From the NCBI GenBank assembly GCA_018433945.1, contig JAHDQF010000013.1:9672-73671 (forward strand): 64,000 nucleotides of DNA, read 5' to 3'. The notes under the pieces were generated by a model. That model was given only the letters and a program-made list of their open reading frames with translations, searched no databases and had not been told where the DNA came from. Below are positions 27,125-37,679 of the stretch, one piece after another. The stretch comes from Proteiniphilum sp. (GTDB taxonomy: Bacteria; Bacteroidota; Bacteroidia; Bacteroidales; Dysgonomonadaceae). Within the stretch, counting starts at the first letter, position 1; each line of letters opens with the position of its first letter. The position numbers and the translations under genes are program-made.

Positions 27125-29377
27125 ATGATTTTCGATATTGAGATGATTCGCAGAGTCTATACGGATCTACCTGAAAGAATCAATAAAGCCAAAGAGAAGC
27201 TGCAGCGCCCCCTGACGCTCACCGAGAAGATTCTCTTCTCTCATCTCTCTCCTGGCGTACCGGTACTTCCCTACAAGCGGGCATCCGACTATGTGGACTT
27301 CGCCCCAGACAGGGTGGCGATGCAGGATGCTACCGCACAGATGGCCCTGTTGCAGCTGATGAACTCGGGCCGTACCACTGTGGCGGTACCCTCCACCGTG
27401 CACTGTGATCACCTGATACAGGCCTACCGCAACGCCGAGAGCGACCTGGAGACGGCCAGCGTGACCAACAAAGAGGTTTATGACTTCCTGCGGGATGTCT
27501 CCAACAAGTATGGCATTGGCTTCTGGAAGCCTGGGGCAGGCATCATTCACCAGGTGGTGCTCGAGAACTATGCGTTCCCGGGGGGGATGATGGTGGGTAC
27601 CGACTCCCACACACCCAATGCGGGCGGACTGGGTATGATTGCCATCGGCGTGGGTGGAGCCGATGCGGTGGACGTGATGGCTGGCCTGCCGTGGGAGCTG
27701 AAGATGCCCAAACTGATCGGTGTGAAGCTCACGGGTCGCCTCTCCGGATGGAGCGCCCCCAAGGATGTGATCCTCAAGCTGGCCGGGATTCTTACCGTGA
27801 AAGGAGGTACAAATGCCATCATCGAATACTTCGGCGAAGGGGCCAAAACACTCTCTGCAACGGGTAAAGGAACCATTTGCAACATGGGTGCCGAGGTGGG
27901 TGCCACGACCTCCATCTTTCCTTTCGACGAGAAATCAGCCCAGTATCTGGAGAGTACCGGCCGCAGGGAGGTGGCCGATGAGGCTCGCCGCATCATGGAG
28001 CATCTGCAACCCGACCCGGGAGTGATGGTCAACCCTGAGCGGTACTATGATCAGCTGATCGAGATCGATCTCTCCGAGCTGGAACCGCATATCAACGGAC
28101 CGTTCACTCCCGATGCTGCTTATACCATCTCCGAGTTTTCAGAGGTGGTGCGCATGAACAACTACCCCCGCAAGATGGAGGTGGGACTGATCGGCTCCTG
28201 CACCAACTCCTCCTATGAGGATCTGACCCGTGCAGTCTCCATTGTGAAATATGCCCGTGAACAGGGAGTGCCGGTGAAAGCTCAGTTCCTGATCAACCCG
28301 GGATCAGAACAGATCCGGTACACTGCTGAACGTGATGGCATTCTGGATGAGTTTGGCAAGGCGGGTGCCACCATCATTGCCAACGCCTGCGGTCCCTGTA
28401 TCGGTCAGTGGAAGCGCGATGATGTGGCAGACAACCGCCCCAATTCCATCGTCACCTCTTTCAACCGAAACTTTGCCAAGCGCAACGACGGAAACCCCAA
28501 TACCCATGCCTTTGTCACCTCTCCCGAGTTGGTAGCGGCACTCACCATTGCCGGTGATCTCTGCTTCAATCCGCTTACCGATACCCTGCTCAACGACAAG
28601 GGTGAGGAGGTGAAGCTGCCTGAGCCGAAAGGATTTGAGATGCCTCCCCGGGGTTATGAAGTGAAAGATGCTGGTTACCTGGCACCCTCCACCGATGCTG
28701 CCGTGGAGGTCGTCATTGATCCCCACTCCAACCGGCTGCAGAAGCTGGAGCCGTTCCCTGCATGGGATGGGAAGGATTACATCAACCTGCCGCTGCTCAT
28801 CAAGGTGCAGGGCAAGTGTACCACCGACCATATCTCAATGGCCGGTCCCTGGCTTCGCTATCGCGGTCACCTCGACAACATCTCAGATAACTTGCTGATT
28901 GGCGCGGTCAACAGCTTCAACCAGCAGACCAACGCGGTGCTCGACCCCGAGACACTCGAATATATGCCCGTGCCGGCACTGGCCCGCAAGTTCAAGAGCA
29001 AGGGAGTAGGTTCCGTCGTGGTCGCTGAGGAGAATTACGGCGAAGGCTCCAGTCGTGAACATGCAGCCATGGAGCCGCGTCACCTCAACGTGAAGGTGAT
29101 CCTGGTGAAGTCGTTCGCCCGGATCCATGAAACCAACCTGAAGAAGCAGGGGATGCTGGCGCTCACCTTTGTCAACAAGGATGATTACGACAGGGTACAG
29201 GAACGCGACAAGATCAGTGTGATCGGCTTGACCGAGTTTGCTCCGGGTAAAAACCTCACCATTGAGCTGCTTCATTCCGATGGCACGAAAGATCGTTTTG
29301 AAGCATCGCACACCTACAATGAGCAACAGATCGAGTGGTTTAAGGCGGGCAGTGCCCTCAACGCGATGAGGAAATAG
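27125..29377 (+). CDS. acnA: Aconitate hydratase (mitochondrial-type)
   Basis: 750-aa ORF with the blocks [35 protein letters not shown] and [10 protein letters not shown]. The length fits the mitochondrial-like family, not the ~890-aa AcnA/IRP type. Confidence 0.92.
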   Translation: MIFDIEMIRRVYTDLPERINKAKEKLQRPLTLTEKILFSHLSPGVPVLPYKRASDYVDFAPDRVAMQDATAQMALLQLMNSGRTTVAVPSTVHCDHLIQAYRNAESDLETASVTNKEVYDFLRDVSNKYGIGFWKPGAGIIHQVVLENYAFPGGMMVGTDSHTPNAGGLGMIAIGVGGADAVDVMAGLPWELKMPKLIGVKLTGRLSGWSAPKDVILKLAGILTVKGGTNAIIEYFGEGAKTLSATGKGTICNMGAEVGATTSIFPFDEKSAQYLESTGRREVADEARRIMEHLQPDPGVMVNPERYYDQLIEIDLSELEPHINGPFTPDAAYTISEFSEVVRMNNYPRKMEVGLIGSCTNSSYEDLTRAVSIVKYAREQGVPVKAQFLINPGSEQIRYTAERDGILDEFGKAGATIIANACGPCIGQWKRDDVADNRPNSIVTSFNRNFAKRNDGNPNTHAFVTSPELVAALTIAGDLCFNPLTDTLLNDKGEEVKLPEPKGFEMPPRGYEVKDAGYLAPSTDAAVEVVIDPHSNRLQKLEPFPAWDGKDYINLPLLIKVQGKCTTDHISMAGPWLRYRGHLDNISDNLLIGAVNSFNQQTNAVLDPETLEYMPVPALARKFKSKGVGSVVVAEENYGEGSSREHAAMEPRHLNVKVILVKSFARIHETNLKKQGMLALTFVNKDDYDRVQERDKISVIGLTEFAPGKNLTIELLHSDGTKDRFEASHTYNEQQIEWFKAGSALNAMRK

Positions 29378-29380
29378 CTA

Positions 29381-29403
29381 CCCCCCCCCAAAAAAAAAGG
29401 GGG
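29381..29403. repeat. Homopolymer triplet C9-A9-G5 immediately after the acnA stop
   Basis: The sequence reads ccccccccc aaaaaaaaa ggggg (counted by hand). It can form a G:C hairpin with an A-loop. Confidence 0.8.
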
Positions 29404-29489
29404 TTAAAGAACTGTTATCCAAACATTCTCTACCCATTACCCATCCATTTATCGGAAACTGATCATTCAATAATCAAACATATCTCAAG

Positions 29490-30845
29490 ATGAATAATGA
29501 ACAAATAACGAAGACTTTATCTGAATCTGTTTCTTTTACCAGCAATATCGACAAGGAGCTCTTCACCAAAATGGGTGTGAAGCGCGGACTGCGCAACGAA
29601 GATCACTCCGGTGTGCTGGCAGGACTCACCCGTGTGGGTGACGTGGTAGGCTACGAAAGACAGGAGGATGGTACCCTCATGCCGGTTCCAGGTAAGCTCT
29701 ATTACCGCGGTATAGATGTGGCGGAGCTGGTGAAAGGGGTGCAGGCGGAAAACAGGCTCGGTTTTGAGGAGACTGCATTCCTGCTGCTCTCGGGGCGTCT
29801 TCCCTCCAAGGAGGAGCTGGAGGCGGTGAACAAACTGATTGCACAGACCATGCCGCTGAACCATCTGGCAACCATGAATATTCTCTCCCTGAAAGGAAAG
29901 AACATCATGAACATCCTGGCAAGAAGTGTGCTGGAACTGTATGCGTATGATGAAAATCCGGATGACATCTCACCCGATAATCTCATCAGGCAATCGCTGA
30001 ATCTCATAGCCAAATTTCCGACCATCATTGCTTATGCCTACCAGGTGCTGCGTCATGATCAGCTGGGGCGTTCAATGCATATCCGTCACCCCTATGAAGA
30101 TCGTTCCGTAGCAGAAAATTTTCTTTTCATGATGAAAGGGCGCGACGGCTACACCGAGCTGGATGTGAAGACCCTGGATCTGGCTTTGATCCTGCACGCC
30201 GAACATGGTGGAGGAAATAACTCTACATTTTCGGTCCGTGTCACCAGCTCAACCGAAACCGATACCTATTCGGCCATCGCTTCCGGCATAGGCTCTCTGA
30301 AAGGACCACTCCATGGAGGAGCCAACATCAAGGTACAGGGGATGCTGGAAGATATGAAAAAGAATGTAAACGACTGGACCAGCAAGGAGCAGATCGATGC
30401 ATACCTGACCAGGATCCTGAAGAAAGAGGCTTACGACCGCACCGGATTGATCTACGGAATCGGACATGCGGTCTATACCGTGAGCGACCCACGGGCTGAG
30501 CTGTTGAAAGAGATGGCCCGTGAACTGGCCCGCGAGAAAGGGCGTGAAGAGGAGTTCAACTTCATGGAACTGATCGAGGAGCGTGCCGTGGAGGTCTTCC
30601 TGGGTTTCAAGAAGCAGACCGCAAAGGCGCGCACCTGCGTGAATGTGGACTTTTATTCAGGCTTTGTGTATGACGCTCTTGGCCTGCCGAGGGAGGTGTT
30701 CACTCCTTTGTTTGCCATGGCCCGCATTGTGGGCTGGTCGGCTCATCGGATCGAAGAACTGAACTTTACCAGTAAGCGCATCATTCGCCCGGCATACAAG
30801 AACGTACGCGAGAAACAGCCTTTTGTCCCCATCAATGAAAGATAA
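29490..30845 (+). CDS. gltA: Citrate synthase
   Basis: 451-aa ORF with the blocks LILHAEHGGGNNSTF and GPLHGGAN, and GHAVY catalytic His motifs. Confidence 0.9.
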   Translation: MNNEQITKTLSESVSFTSNIDKELFTKMGVKRGLRNEDHSGVLAGLTRVGDVVGYERQEDGTLMPVPGKLYYRGIDVAELVKGVQAENRLGFEETAFLLLSGRLPSKEELEAVNKLIAQTMPLNHLATMNILSLKGKNIMNILARSVLELYAYDENPDDISPDNLIRQSLNLIAKFPTIIAYAYQVLRHDQLGRSMHIRHPYEDRSVAENFLFMMKGRDGYTELDVKTLDLALILHAEHGGGNNSTFSVRVTSSTETDTYSAIASGIGSLKGPLHGGANIKVQGMLEDMKKNVNDWTSKEQIDAYLTRILKKEAYDRTGLIYGIGHAVYTVSDPRAELLKEMARELAREKGREEEFNFMELIEERAVEVFLGFKKQTAKARTCVNVDFYSGFVYDALGLPREVFTPLFAMARIVGWSAHRIEELNFTSKRIIRPAYKNVREKQPFVPINER

Positions 30846-30854
30846 GCAACTCAC

Positions 30855-32081
30855 ATGCAGAAAATAAAAGTAACGAATCCGGTGGTGGAACTGGATGGTG
30901 ATGAAATGACCAGAATTATCTGGTCATTTATCAAAGAGGAGCTGATCCTTCCCTATCTCGATCTCGACATCAAATATTATGACCTGAGCATCCAGAACCG
31001 TGATGCCACCGACGACCAGGTGACGATTGAGGCTGCCGAGGCAATCAAGAAGTACAATGTAGGCATAAAGTGTGCCACCATCACACCCGATGAGGCGCGT
31101 GTGAAAGAGTTTGGACTGAAGCAGATGTGGAAATCACCCAACGGTACCATCCGCAACATCGTGGGAGGTACCGTCTTCCGCGAACCGATCATTTGCAGCA
31201 ATATACCCCGCTACGTACAGGGATGGACCGAGCCGATCATCATTGGCCGTCATGCTTTTGGCGACCAGTACCGTGCGACCGACAAGGTGATCAAAGGAAG
31301 GGGAAAGCTGACCATGACCTTTACCGGTGATGACGGTGCAACCCAAAGCTGGGAGGTGTTCAACTTTCGGGGCGACGGCGTGGCCATGGCCATGTACAAC
31401 ACCGACGAGTCGATCTATGGCTTTGCCCGTTCTTCCTTTCAGATGGCACTGACCAAAAAATACCCGCTCTACCTGTCCACAAAGAACACCATTCTGAAGG
31501 CGTACGACGGACGATTCAAGGATATCTTCCAGGAGGTATATGAGAAGGAATTCAAAGATGCCTTCGAGAAAGCAGGCATCACCTACGAGCACCGGCTGAT
31601 CGATGACATGGTGGCTTCCGTGATGAAGTGGCACGGCGGCTTTGTATGGGCCTGCAAGAACTACGACGGTGATGTGCAGTCGGATACCGTTGCCCAGGGC
31701 TTCGGCTCACTGGGGATGATGTCTTCCGTGCTGGTGACGCCCGACGGCAAGACAGTAGAGGCAGAAGCTGCACATGGTACGGTGACTCGCCATTACCGCC
31801 AGCATCAGCAGGGCAAGGAGACCAGCACCAACCCCATCGCCTCCATCTTTGCCTGGACCCGGGGACTGGCACACCCGGGCAGGCTGGATCAGAACCAGCC
31901 GCTGATCGATTTCTGTGAGAAGCTGGAACAGGTCTGCATCGAGACCGTGGAGGGAGGTGAGATGACCAGAGACCTGGCGCTGTTGGTGCACGGCAACGAT
32001 GCACCGCGTGACAGCTGGCTTACCACGCAGCAGTTCCTGCAGGCGCTGAAAAGAAATCTGGAAAGTAGCGATAAGCGATAA
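30855..32081 (+). CDS. icd: NADP-dependent isocitrate dehydrogenase (eukaryote-like type)
   Basis: 408-aa ORF. The N-terminus [16 protein letters not shown], plus NGTIRNI and GDVQSD, are typical of the IDH1/2-like subfamily. Confidence 0.9.
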   Translation: MQKIKVTNPVVELDGDEMTRIIWSFIKEELILPYLDLDIKYYDLSIQNRDATDDQVTIEAAEAIKKYNVGIKCATITPDEARVKEFGLKQMWKSPNGTIRNIVGGTVFREPIICSNIPRYVQGWTEPIIIGRHAFGDQYRATDKVIKGRGKLTMTFTGDDGATQSWEVFNFRGDGVAMAMYNTDESIYGFARSSFQMALTKKYPLYLSTKNTILKAYDGRFKDIFQEVYEKEFKDAFEKAGITYEHRLIDDMVASVMKWHGGFVWACKNYDGDVQSDTVAQGFGSLGMMSSVLVTPDGKTVEAEAAHGTVTRHYRQHQQGKETSTNPIASIFAWTRGLAHPGRLDQNQPLIDFCEKLEQVCIETVEGGEMTRDLALLVHGNDAPRDSWLTTQQFLQALKRNLESSDKR

Positions 32082-32108
32082 GCTTAAAGCTATGAAAAAA
32101 TTTCAGCG

Positions 32109-34265
32109 TCAATCCTCTTTCTCCTGTTCTTCGTATGCTTTCAGCAGCTTCTCCTGCACGTCGGAAGGAACCAGCTCGTAACTTGCGAACTTCATGGTGA
32201 AAGAGGCCCTGCCCCCTGTGAGGGAGCTGAGGGAGGTAGAGTAGCTGTTCATCTCTTTGAGCGGCACACGCGCTTTCAGCTTCTCAAATCCCTTTTCACT
32301 CTCCATGCCCATGATCATGGCGCGGCGTCCCTGCAGGTCGCTCATCACATCACCCATGTACTCACCCGGCACCGAAACGGTTACATCGTAAACCGGCTCG
32401 AGGATCTTCGGTCCTGCATTCTTGAATGCAGTGCTGAACGCATTCCTGCCGGCAAGCATAAAAGATATTTCATTGGAGTCCACCGGGTGCATCTTGCCGT
32501 CGTAAACAATTACCCGCACATCACGGGCATAGGATCCGGTGAGCGGTCCCTGTTCCATACGGCTCATGATCCCTTTCAGAATCGCCGGCAGGAAGCGGGA
32601 GTCGATGGCGCCACCCACAATGCTGTTCACGAACACCAGCTTGCCGCCCCAGTCGAGCTCAATCACCTGCGTGTCACGGTTCTGGATTTTGAATTCCTGT
32701 CCGTTAAAGCGATAGATCTCCTGCACGGGCATCCCTTCGGTGTAGGGCTCTACAATGAGGTGCACCTCACCGAACTGACCGGCGCCGCCCGACTGTTTCT
32801 TGTGTCGGTAGTCGGCACGGGCAGCCTTGGTGATGGTCTCGCGGTAGGGTATCTTCGGTTCCAGGAATTCGATCTCGATCTTGTCGTTGTTCTCCAGCCG
32901 CCACTTGAGAGTGCGCAGGTGAAACTCACCCTGTCCCGAGACGATGGTCTGTTTCAGCTCCTTGGAGACCTCAACGATCCAGGTGGGATCCTCCTCTTTC
33001 ATGCGGGTGAGTGCCTCACTCAATTTCTCTGTGTTCGATTCATTCACTGCCCTGATCGCCCTGCGGTATCGCGGTTCCGGATATTGAATGAAGTTAAACT
33101 GATGTTCAACCCCTTTGGCGTTCAGTGTATTGCCGGTGCGCACATCCTTCAGCTTCACGGCGGCTCCGATACTGCCGGCGTGCAGCTCCTCAGCCTTGGT
33201 GCGGATCTGTCCCGCCACGGTATATAACTGTGCCAATCGTTCTTTGGAGGAGCGGTCGCTGTTGGTCAGGTCATCACCCTCCTTTACAATTCCGGACATC
33301 ACCTTGAAGTAGGAGACCTCACCGATGTGCGGTTCCACGGTGGTCTTGAAGAAGAAGAGGCTCGCTGGAGCGCCGGCATCGGGTTTCACCTCCTCACCCT
33401 CACTGTTGCGGGGTGCGGGAACCTCATCGGGTGAGGGGGCTACCATGTTGAGGAAGTTCATGATGCGGTGCACCCCCATGTTTTTCTCTGCCGATGCGCA
33501 GAAGAGCGGGAAGAGGGTGTGGCCGAGCATTCCCTTGTGGATGCCGTCGCGCATCTCTTCTTCGGTAAGCGATCCCTGGTCGAAGTACTTCTCCATCAGG
33601 CCATCGTCATTCTCGGCGGCAGCTTCCAGCAGTGCCTGGTAGTACTCGCCGGCACGTTCTTTTTCGCTGTCGGGGATCTCCAGCACTTCGGGGGCGGTGG
33701 CTCCCGGCTTCCATTGGTAGTGTTTCTGTTTCAGCACATCTACGATGCCGTTGAAAGAGCTGCCGTTTCCCATCGGGTATTGCACCGGTACCACCTTGTT
33801 TCCGTAGAACTCACGTAGACCGGCCAGCGTATTCTCATAGTCAGCTTTCTCATGCTCCATCTTGTTGACCAGAAGCACCATCGGTTTTTTGAGCTCATCT
33901 ACATATCGGAACTGGTTCACCGTACCCACCTCTACACCATTGGCCGCATCGATCAGCATCAGTGCCATATCGGTTACATGGAGAGCGGAGATCACTCCCC
34001 CCACAAAATCATCCGATCCGGGACAGTCGATGAAGTTCATCAGCTTATCTTTCCACTCGTAGGAGAAGACAGTGGAGAAAACAGAGTAACCATACTCTTT
34101 CTCCACCGCGAAATAGTCGCTCACGCTGTTCTTCCCCCCCACGGATCCGCGTCGTTTTATGAGACCACTCTCGAAGAGCATGGCCTCTGCGAGGGTGGTC
34201 TTTCCTGATCCGGCATTGCCAATGACGGCAATGTTCTTGATTTCGTTTGTTTTGTACACTTTCAT
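32109..34265 (-). CDS. Elongation factor G paralog (EF-G2-like) lacking the catalytic His of the G3 motif
   Basis: 718-aa ORF with five-domain EF-G-like length. G1 is GNAGSGKT. G3 is DCPGS (nt 34014-34028) where canonical EF-G has DTPGH. G4 is NKME instead of NKMD. Confidence 0.85.
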   Translation of the reverse strand: MKVYKTNEIKNIAVIGNAGSGKTTLAEAMLFESGLIKRRGSVGGKNSVSDYFAVEKEYGYSVFSTVFSYEWKDKLMNFIDCPGSDDFVGGVISALHVTDMALMLIDAANGVEVGTVNQFRYVDELKKPMVLLVNKMEHEKADYENTLAGLREFYGNKVVPVQYPMGNGSSFNGIVDVLKQKHYQWKPGATAPEVLEIPDSEKERAGEYYQALLEAAAENDDGLMEKYFDQGSLTEEEMRDGIHKGMLGHTLFPLFCASAEKNMGVHRIMNFLNMVAPSPDEVPAPRNSEGEEVKPDAGAPASLFFFKTTVEPHIGEVSYFKVMSGIVKEGDDLTNSDRSSKERLAQLYTVAGQIRTKAEELHAGSIGAAVKLKDVRTGNTLNAKGVEHQFNFIQYPEPRYRRAIRAVNESNTEKLSEALTRMKEEDPTWIVEVSKELKQTIVSGQGEFHLRTLKWRLENNDKIEIEFLEPKIPYRETITKAARADYRHKKQSGGAGQFGEVHLIVEPYTEGMPVQEIYRFNGQEFKIQNRDTQVIELDWGGKLVFVNSIVGGAIDSRFLPAILKGIMSRMEQGPLTGSYARDVRVIVYDGKMHPVDSNEISFMLAGRNAFSTAFKNAGPKILEPVYDVTVSVPGEYMGDVMSDLQGRRAMIMGMESEKGFEKLKARVPLKEMNSYSTSLSSLTGGRASFTMKFASYELVPSDVQEKLLKAYEEQEKED

Positions 34266-34619
34266 GATTGGAATTTTTATAAAATGTATAATGTTCTCTT
34301 CGGGCTAAAAAACAAATGTTGCCCCTCAGCCTCACCCTTCCGGCTGACGAAAGGGCGAGGGTTGCGGGTTGAAGCGGTTATGGACAATTCCATATAAAAT
34401 GACTTTGCAACGACGTGTGACCTGCAAAGTCAAACTGTCGTGAACAGCGCCCGCAATTTATAAAAATCGGATGAGAAAGAAAAATGTTGTAATGATGTTA
34501 TGCAACATATGTTTGTGAGAGATTGCCGGGAAGTGTTAAGACATGAAACATTCGGTACCTTTCAATTGTTTACTGTGATAACAAAAAGACACACTCCGGA
34601 AATTATATTCCATCTATAG

Positions 34620-34661
34620 ATGAGCAAACAGCAATCAGATATGAGCAAACAGCAATCGGAT
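34620..34661 (+). repeat. 21-bp tandem duplication spanning the ATPase start codon
   Basis: The copies are atgagcaaacagcaatcagat (34620-34640) and atgagcaaacagcaatcggat (34641-34661), with one mismatch. Together they encode MSKQQSD-MSKQQSD. Confidence 0.9.
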
Positions 34662-37349
34662 CAGTATTACAGTCAACCCGTTGAAGACGTTTTACGGCAG
34701 TTTGGCGTTGATCCCCATTCAGGCTTGTCAGAACAGGCAGCGAAAGAACGGCTTGAGAAATATGCTCCCAACCGGCTTGAAACCACAAAACAAAAGTCGC
34801 ATTTCGCCATCTTCCTGGATCAATTCAAGAGCAGCATGGTATTTATCCTGCTGGCCGCTGCCATTATTTCGGGTGTCATTGGGGTGATGGAGGGCGAAGG
34901 GCTTGTGGAGACCTTCGTGATTCTGGCTATTCTGGTCGTGAACGCGATCATTGGCACCGTGCAGGAGGTAAAGGCACAATCGTCGCTCGAAGCACTCAAC
35001 AGGATGAGTGCGCCGCATACAAAAGTATTACGCGGGGGACAGGTAGAGGAGATAGTTTCAACCGACATTGTTCCCGGTGATATTGTGGTACTCGACACGG
35101 GAGACATTATCCCGGCCGATTTGCGGCTGATTGAAACGGCAAACCTGAAGATACAGGAGTCCGCACTTACGGGTGAGTCGGTGGCAGTGGTGAAAAGCGA
35201 GGCTCTGCTGGAAGCCGGAGAGATTCCGTTGGGAGACCGGGACAACATGGCTTTTTCAACCGGTATCGTTACTTATGGCCGTGGCAAGGGTGTGGTGGTT
35301 GCCACCGGCATGCAAACCGAGGTGGGCAAGATCGCCCATATGCTGCAAAACACGCAGGACACGGAAACACCCATGGGCAAGCGGCTTGAACAACTGGGCA
35401 AGGTGTTGGGATACGTGGCGCTGGGTATCTGTGCTTTTATCTTTCTGGTGGGGCTCTTGTACGGAAACAACTGGCTTGAGGTGCTGATGATGGCGGTGAG
35501 CCTCGCCGTGGCTGCTATTCCCGAGGGATTGCAGATTGTATCGACCATTGTGCTGGCCATCGGGGTGCAGCGCCTGGTGAAACTGAACGCGATCGTGCGC
35601 ACGCTGCCCTCGGTTGAAACGCTGGGAAGTACCACGGTGATCTGTTCTGATAAAACCGGCACGCTTACGCAAAACAGGATGACCGTGGTGGAAGGCTGGA
35701 GTGGCGGCAGCAGGATTGACTTTCGCAATGCTCCTCCTGGCGGTGAGCTCGACAGCGACGAGAACCTGTTGCTGCAGACCGCTCTTCTGTGTACCGATGC
35801 TCATCTGAAGGTGCTGGCAGACGGAAAACATGAAACGGCCGGTGATCCTACCGAGACGGCCATTGTAGATGTGGCGCTCGGGCTGAAGATGAACAAGCTC
35901 GCGCTGGAAGAGCAGTTCCCCCGTGTGGGGGAGGTACCCTTCGATTCCGAAAGAAAACGGATGACCACCGTCAATGAGATGAAGGAGGGCAGGTTTCGTG
36001 TAAATGTGAAAGGCGGTCTGGATGAAGTGCTTGCTGTCTCATCACATGTTGTTTTCCACGGAAAAATACGTCCTCTCACCAGTGAAGACAGGGAAACCAT
36101 CCATGAAAACAACCACAGGATGGCACAATCGGCCCTGCGAGTACTGGCGGTGGCTTATAAAGATATCGATGTGCTTCCCTCAGTAATGACTCCCGAAACG
36201 GTGGAGACAGGGCTCGTCTTTGTGGGACTGCTGGGCATGATTGACCCGGCACGCCCCGAAGTGGTGGAGGCGGTGAAGAAATGTCGTACGGCAGGTATTC
36301 GCCCGGTGATGATTACGGGTGACCATCTGGTGACGGCTATGGCCATCGCCACAGAGATAGGAATATATCGGGAGGGTGACAAAGCCATCACCGGAACAGA
36401 CCTGGTGGAGATGACCGACGAAGTGCTCTACCGCGATGTACGTGATTACTCTGTTTATGCGCGTGTTGCCCCCGAGCACAAGGTACGCATCGTTCGGGCA
36501 TGGCAGTCGCACGGTGATATCGTGGCAATGACCGGCGACGGGGTCAACGATGCTCCGGCACTCAAGCAGGCCGATATCGGTGTGTCTATGGGCATCGTGG
36601 GGACGGAGGTGGCCAAGGATGCCTCCGATGTGATTCTGACCGACGACAACTTCGCAACCATTGTGGGGGCTGTGGAGGAGGGACGCCGTATTTACGACAA
36701 CATACTGAAGGCCATTCAGTTTTTGCTATCGGCCAATGTGGGGGAGGTGCTCCTGATTTTTATCGCATCCATCTTCAACATCGGCAATCCTCTGTCACCG
36801 ATCCTTATCCTCTGGATCAACCTGGTGACGGACAGCCTGCCTGCACTGGCGTTGAGCATGGATCCGGCAGAAAAAGAGATCATGACCCGTCACCCGAGGG
36901 ATCCCAGGAAAGGCTTTTTTTCAAAGGGAATGATCTGGCGGATCATCTATCAGGGGGCAACCATCGGACTCATATCGCTGGCGGCCTATATGATTGGACG
37001 TAACGACGGCATTCGGGCGGGACTTGCAAATCCGGAGGCTTTGGGCAAGACCATGGCATTTGCCGTGCTGGGATTCTCCCAACTGCTTCATGTGCGCAAC
37101 CTGCACTCCAACAAACGTTCTTCTTTCCGCACCAGTCTGTGGAGCAACAAATCACTTTTGGGAGCCATCTCCTTGTCCGCACTGCTGCTGCTTGCTGTGT
37201 TGCTGATTCCCGGCATGATGAACCTCTTCGGGGTAACAAGGATGGACGGCGTACACTGGTTCTACGTGATTGGTCTGTCGCTGTTACCCATCGTGGTGGT
37301 GGAGCTGGTGAAGCTGTTGAAAATAAATCACACCAGGGACGAGTATTGA
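34620..37349 (+). CDS. P-type cation-transporting ATPase (Ca2+/P2-type)
   Basis: 909-aa ORF with TGES, the phosphorylation motif CSDKTGTLTQN, TGDGVNDAPALK, and ten-TM architecture. Confidence 0.9.
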   Translation: MSKQQSDMSKQQSDQYYSQPVEDVLRQFGVDPHSGLSEQAAKERLEKYAPNRLETTKQKSHFAIFLDQFKSSMVFILLAAAIISGVIGVMEGEGLVETFVILAILVVNAIIGTVQEVKAQSSLEALNRMSAPHTKVLRGGQVEEIVSTDIVPGDIVVLDTGDIIPADLRLIETANLKIQESALTGESVAVVKSEALLEAGEIPLGDRDNMAFSTGIVTYGRGKGVVVATGMQTEVGKIAHMLQNTQDTETPMGKRLEQLGKVLGYVALGICAFIFLVGLLYGNNWLEVLMMAVSLAVAAIPEGLQIVSTIVLAIGVQRLVKLNAIVRTLPSVETLGSTTVICSDKTGTLTQNRMTVVEGWSGGSRIDFRNAPPGGELDSDENLLLQTALLCTDAHLKVLADGKHETAGDPTETAIVDVALGLKMNKLALEEQFPRVGEVPFDSERKRMTTVNEMKEGRFRVNVKGGLDEVLAVSSHVVFHGKIRPLTSEDRETIHENNHRMAQSALRVLAVAYKDIDVLPSVMTPETVETGLVFVGLLGMIDPARPEVVEAVKKCRTAGIRPVMITGDHLVTAMAIATEIGIYREGDKAITGTDLVEMTDEVLYRDVRDYSVYARVAPEHKVRIVRAWQSHGDIVAMTGDGVNDAPALKQADIGVSMGIVGTEVAKDASDVILTDDNFATIVGAVEEGRRIYDNILKAIQFLLSANVGEVLLIFIASIFNIGNPLSPILILWINLVTDSLPALALSMDPAEKEIMTRHPRDPRKGFFSKGMIWRIIYQGATIGLISLAAYMIGRNDGIRAGLANPEALGKTMAFAVLGFSQLLHVRNLHSNKRSSFRTSLWSNKSLLGAISLSALLLLAVLLIPGMMNLFGVTRMDGVHWFYVIGLSLLPIVVVELVKLLKINHTRDEY

Positions 37350-37574
37350 GAGGTTGCGCACACAATGCAGGAAAAGAGTTGGTAAGTTAGATTGGAACAA
37401 TGATCCATCTGATTTAAAATCAAATTAAAGAACCTTAATTTGCTCAATTTCCCTTTTTTTGTGCATGAAACGAGCATGAACATGTTTTTCGCACAAGTAC
37501 ATGATAACTGCGAGTTCCATACGACCTTAATGTAAAAGAATAAAATATTATCGTATGAAATAAAATTTTTTCTG

Positions 37575-37582
37575 TAATTTTG
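37575..37582 (+). promoter_or_regulatory. Bacteroidetes -7 box TAATTTTG for oadGAB
   Basis: TAnnTTTG match about 100 nt upstream of oadG. Confidence 0.35.
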
Positions 37583-37679
37583 GCTTTCGAAAATTGTACT
37601 CTTCTGTGAATTCCGTCCTATTGTGATCAATCAGGTTCTCGGGTTATCATTGTATGAAGACAAAATAAAACAGGTTTAT

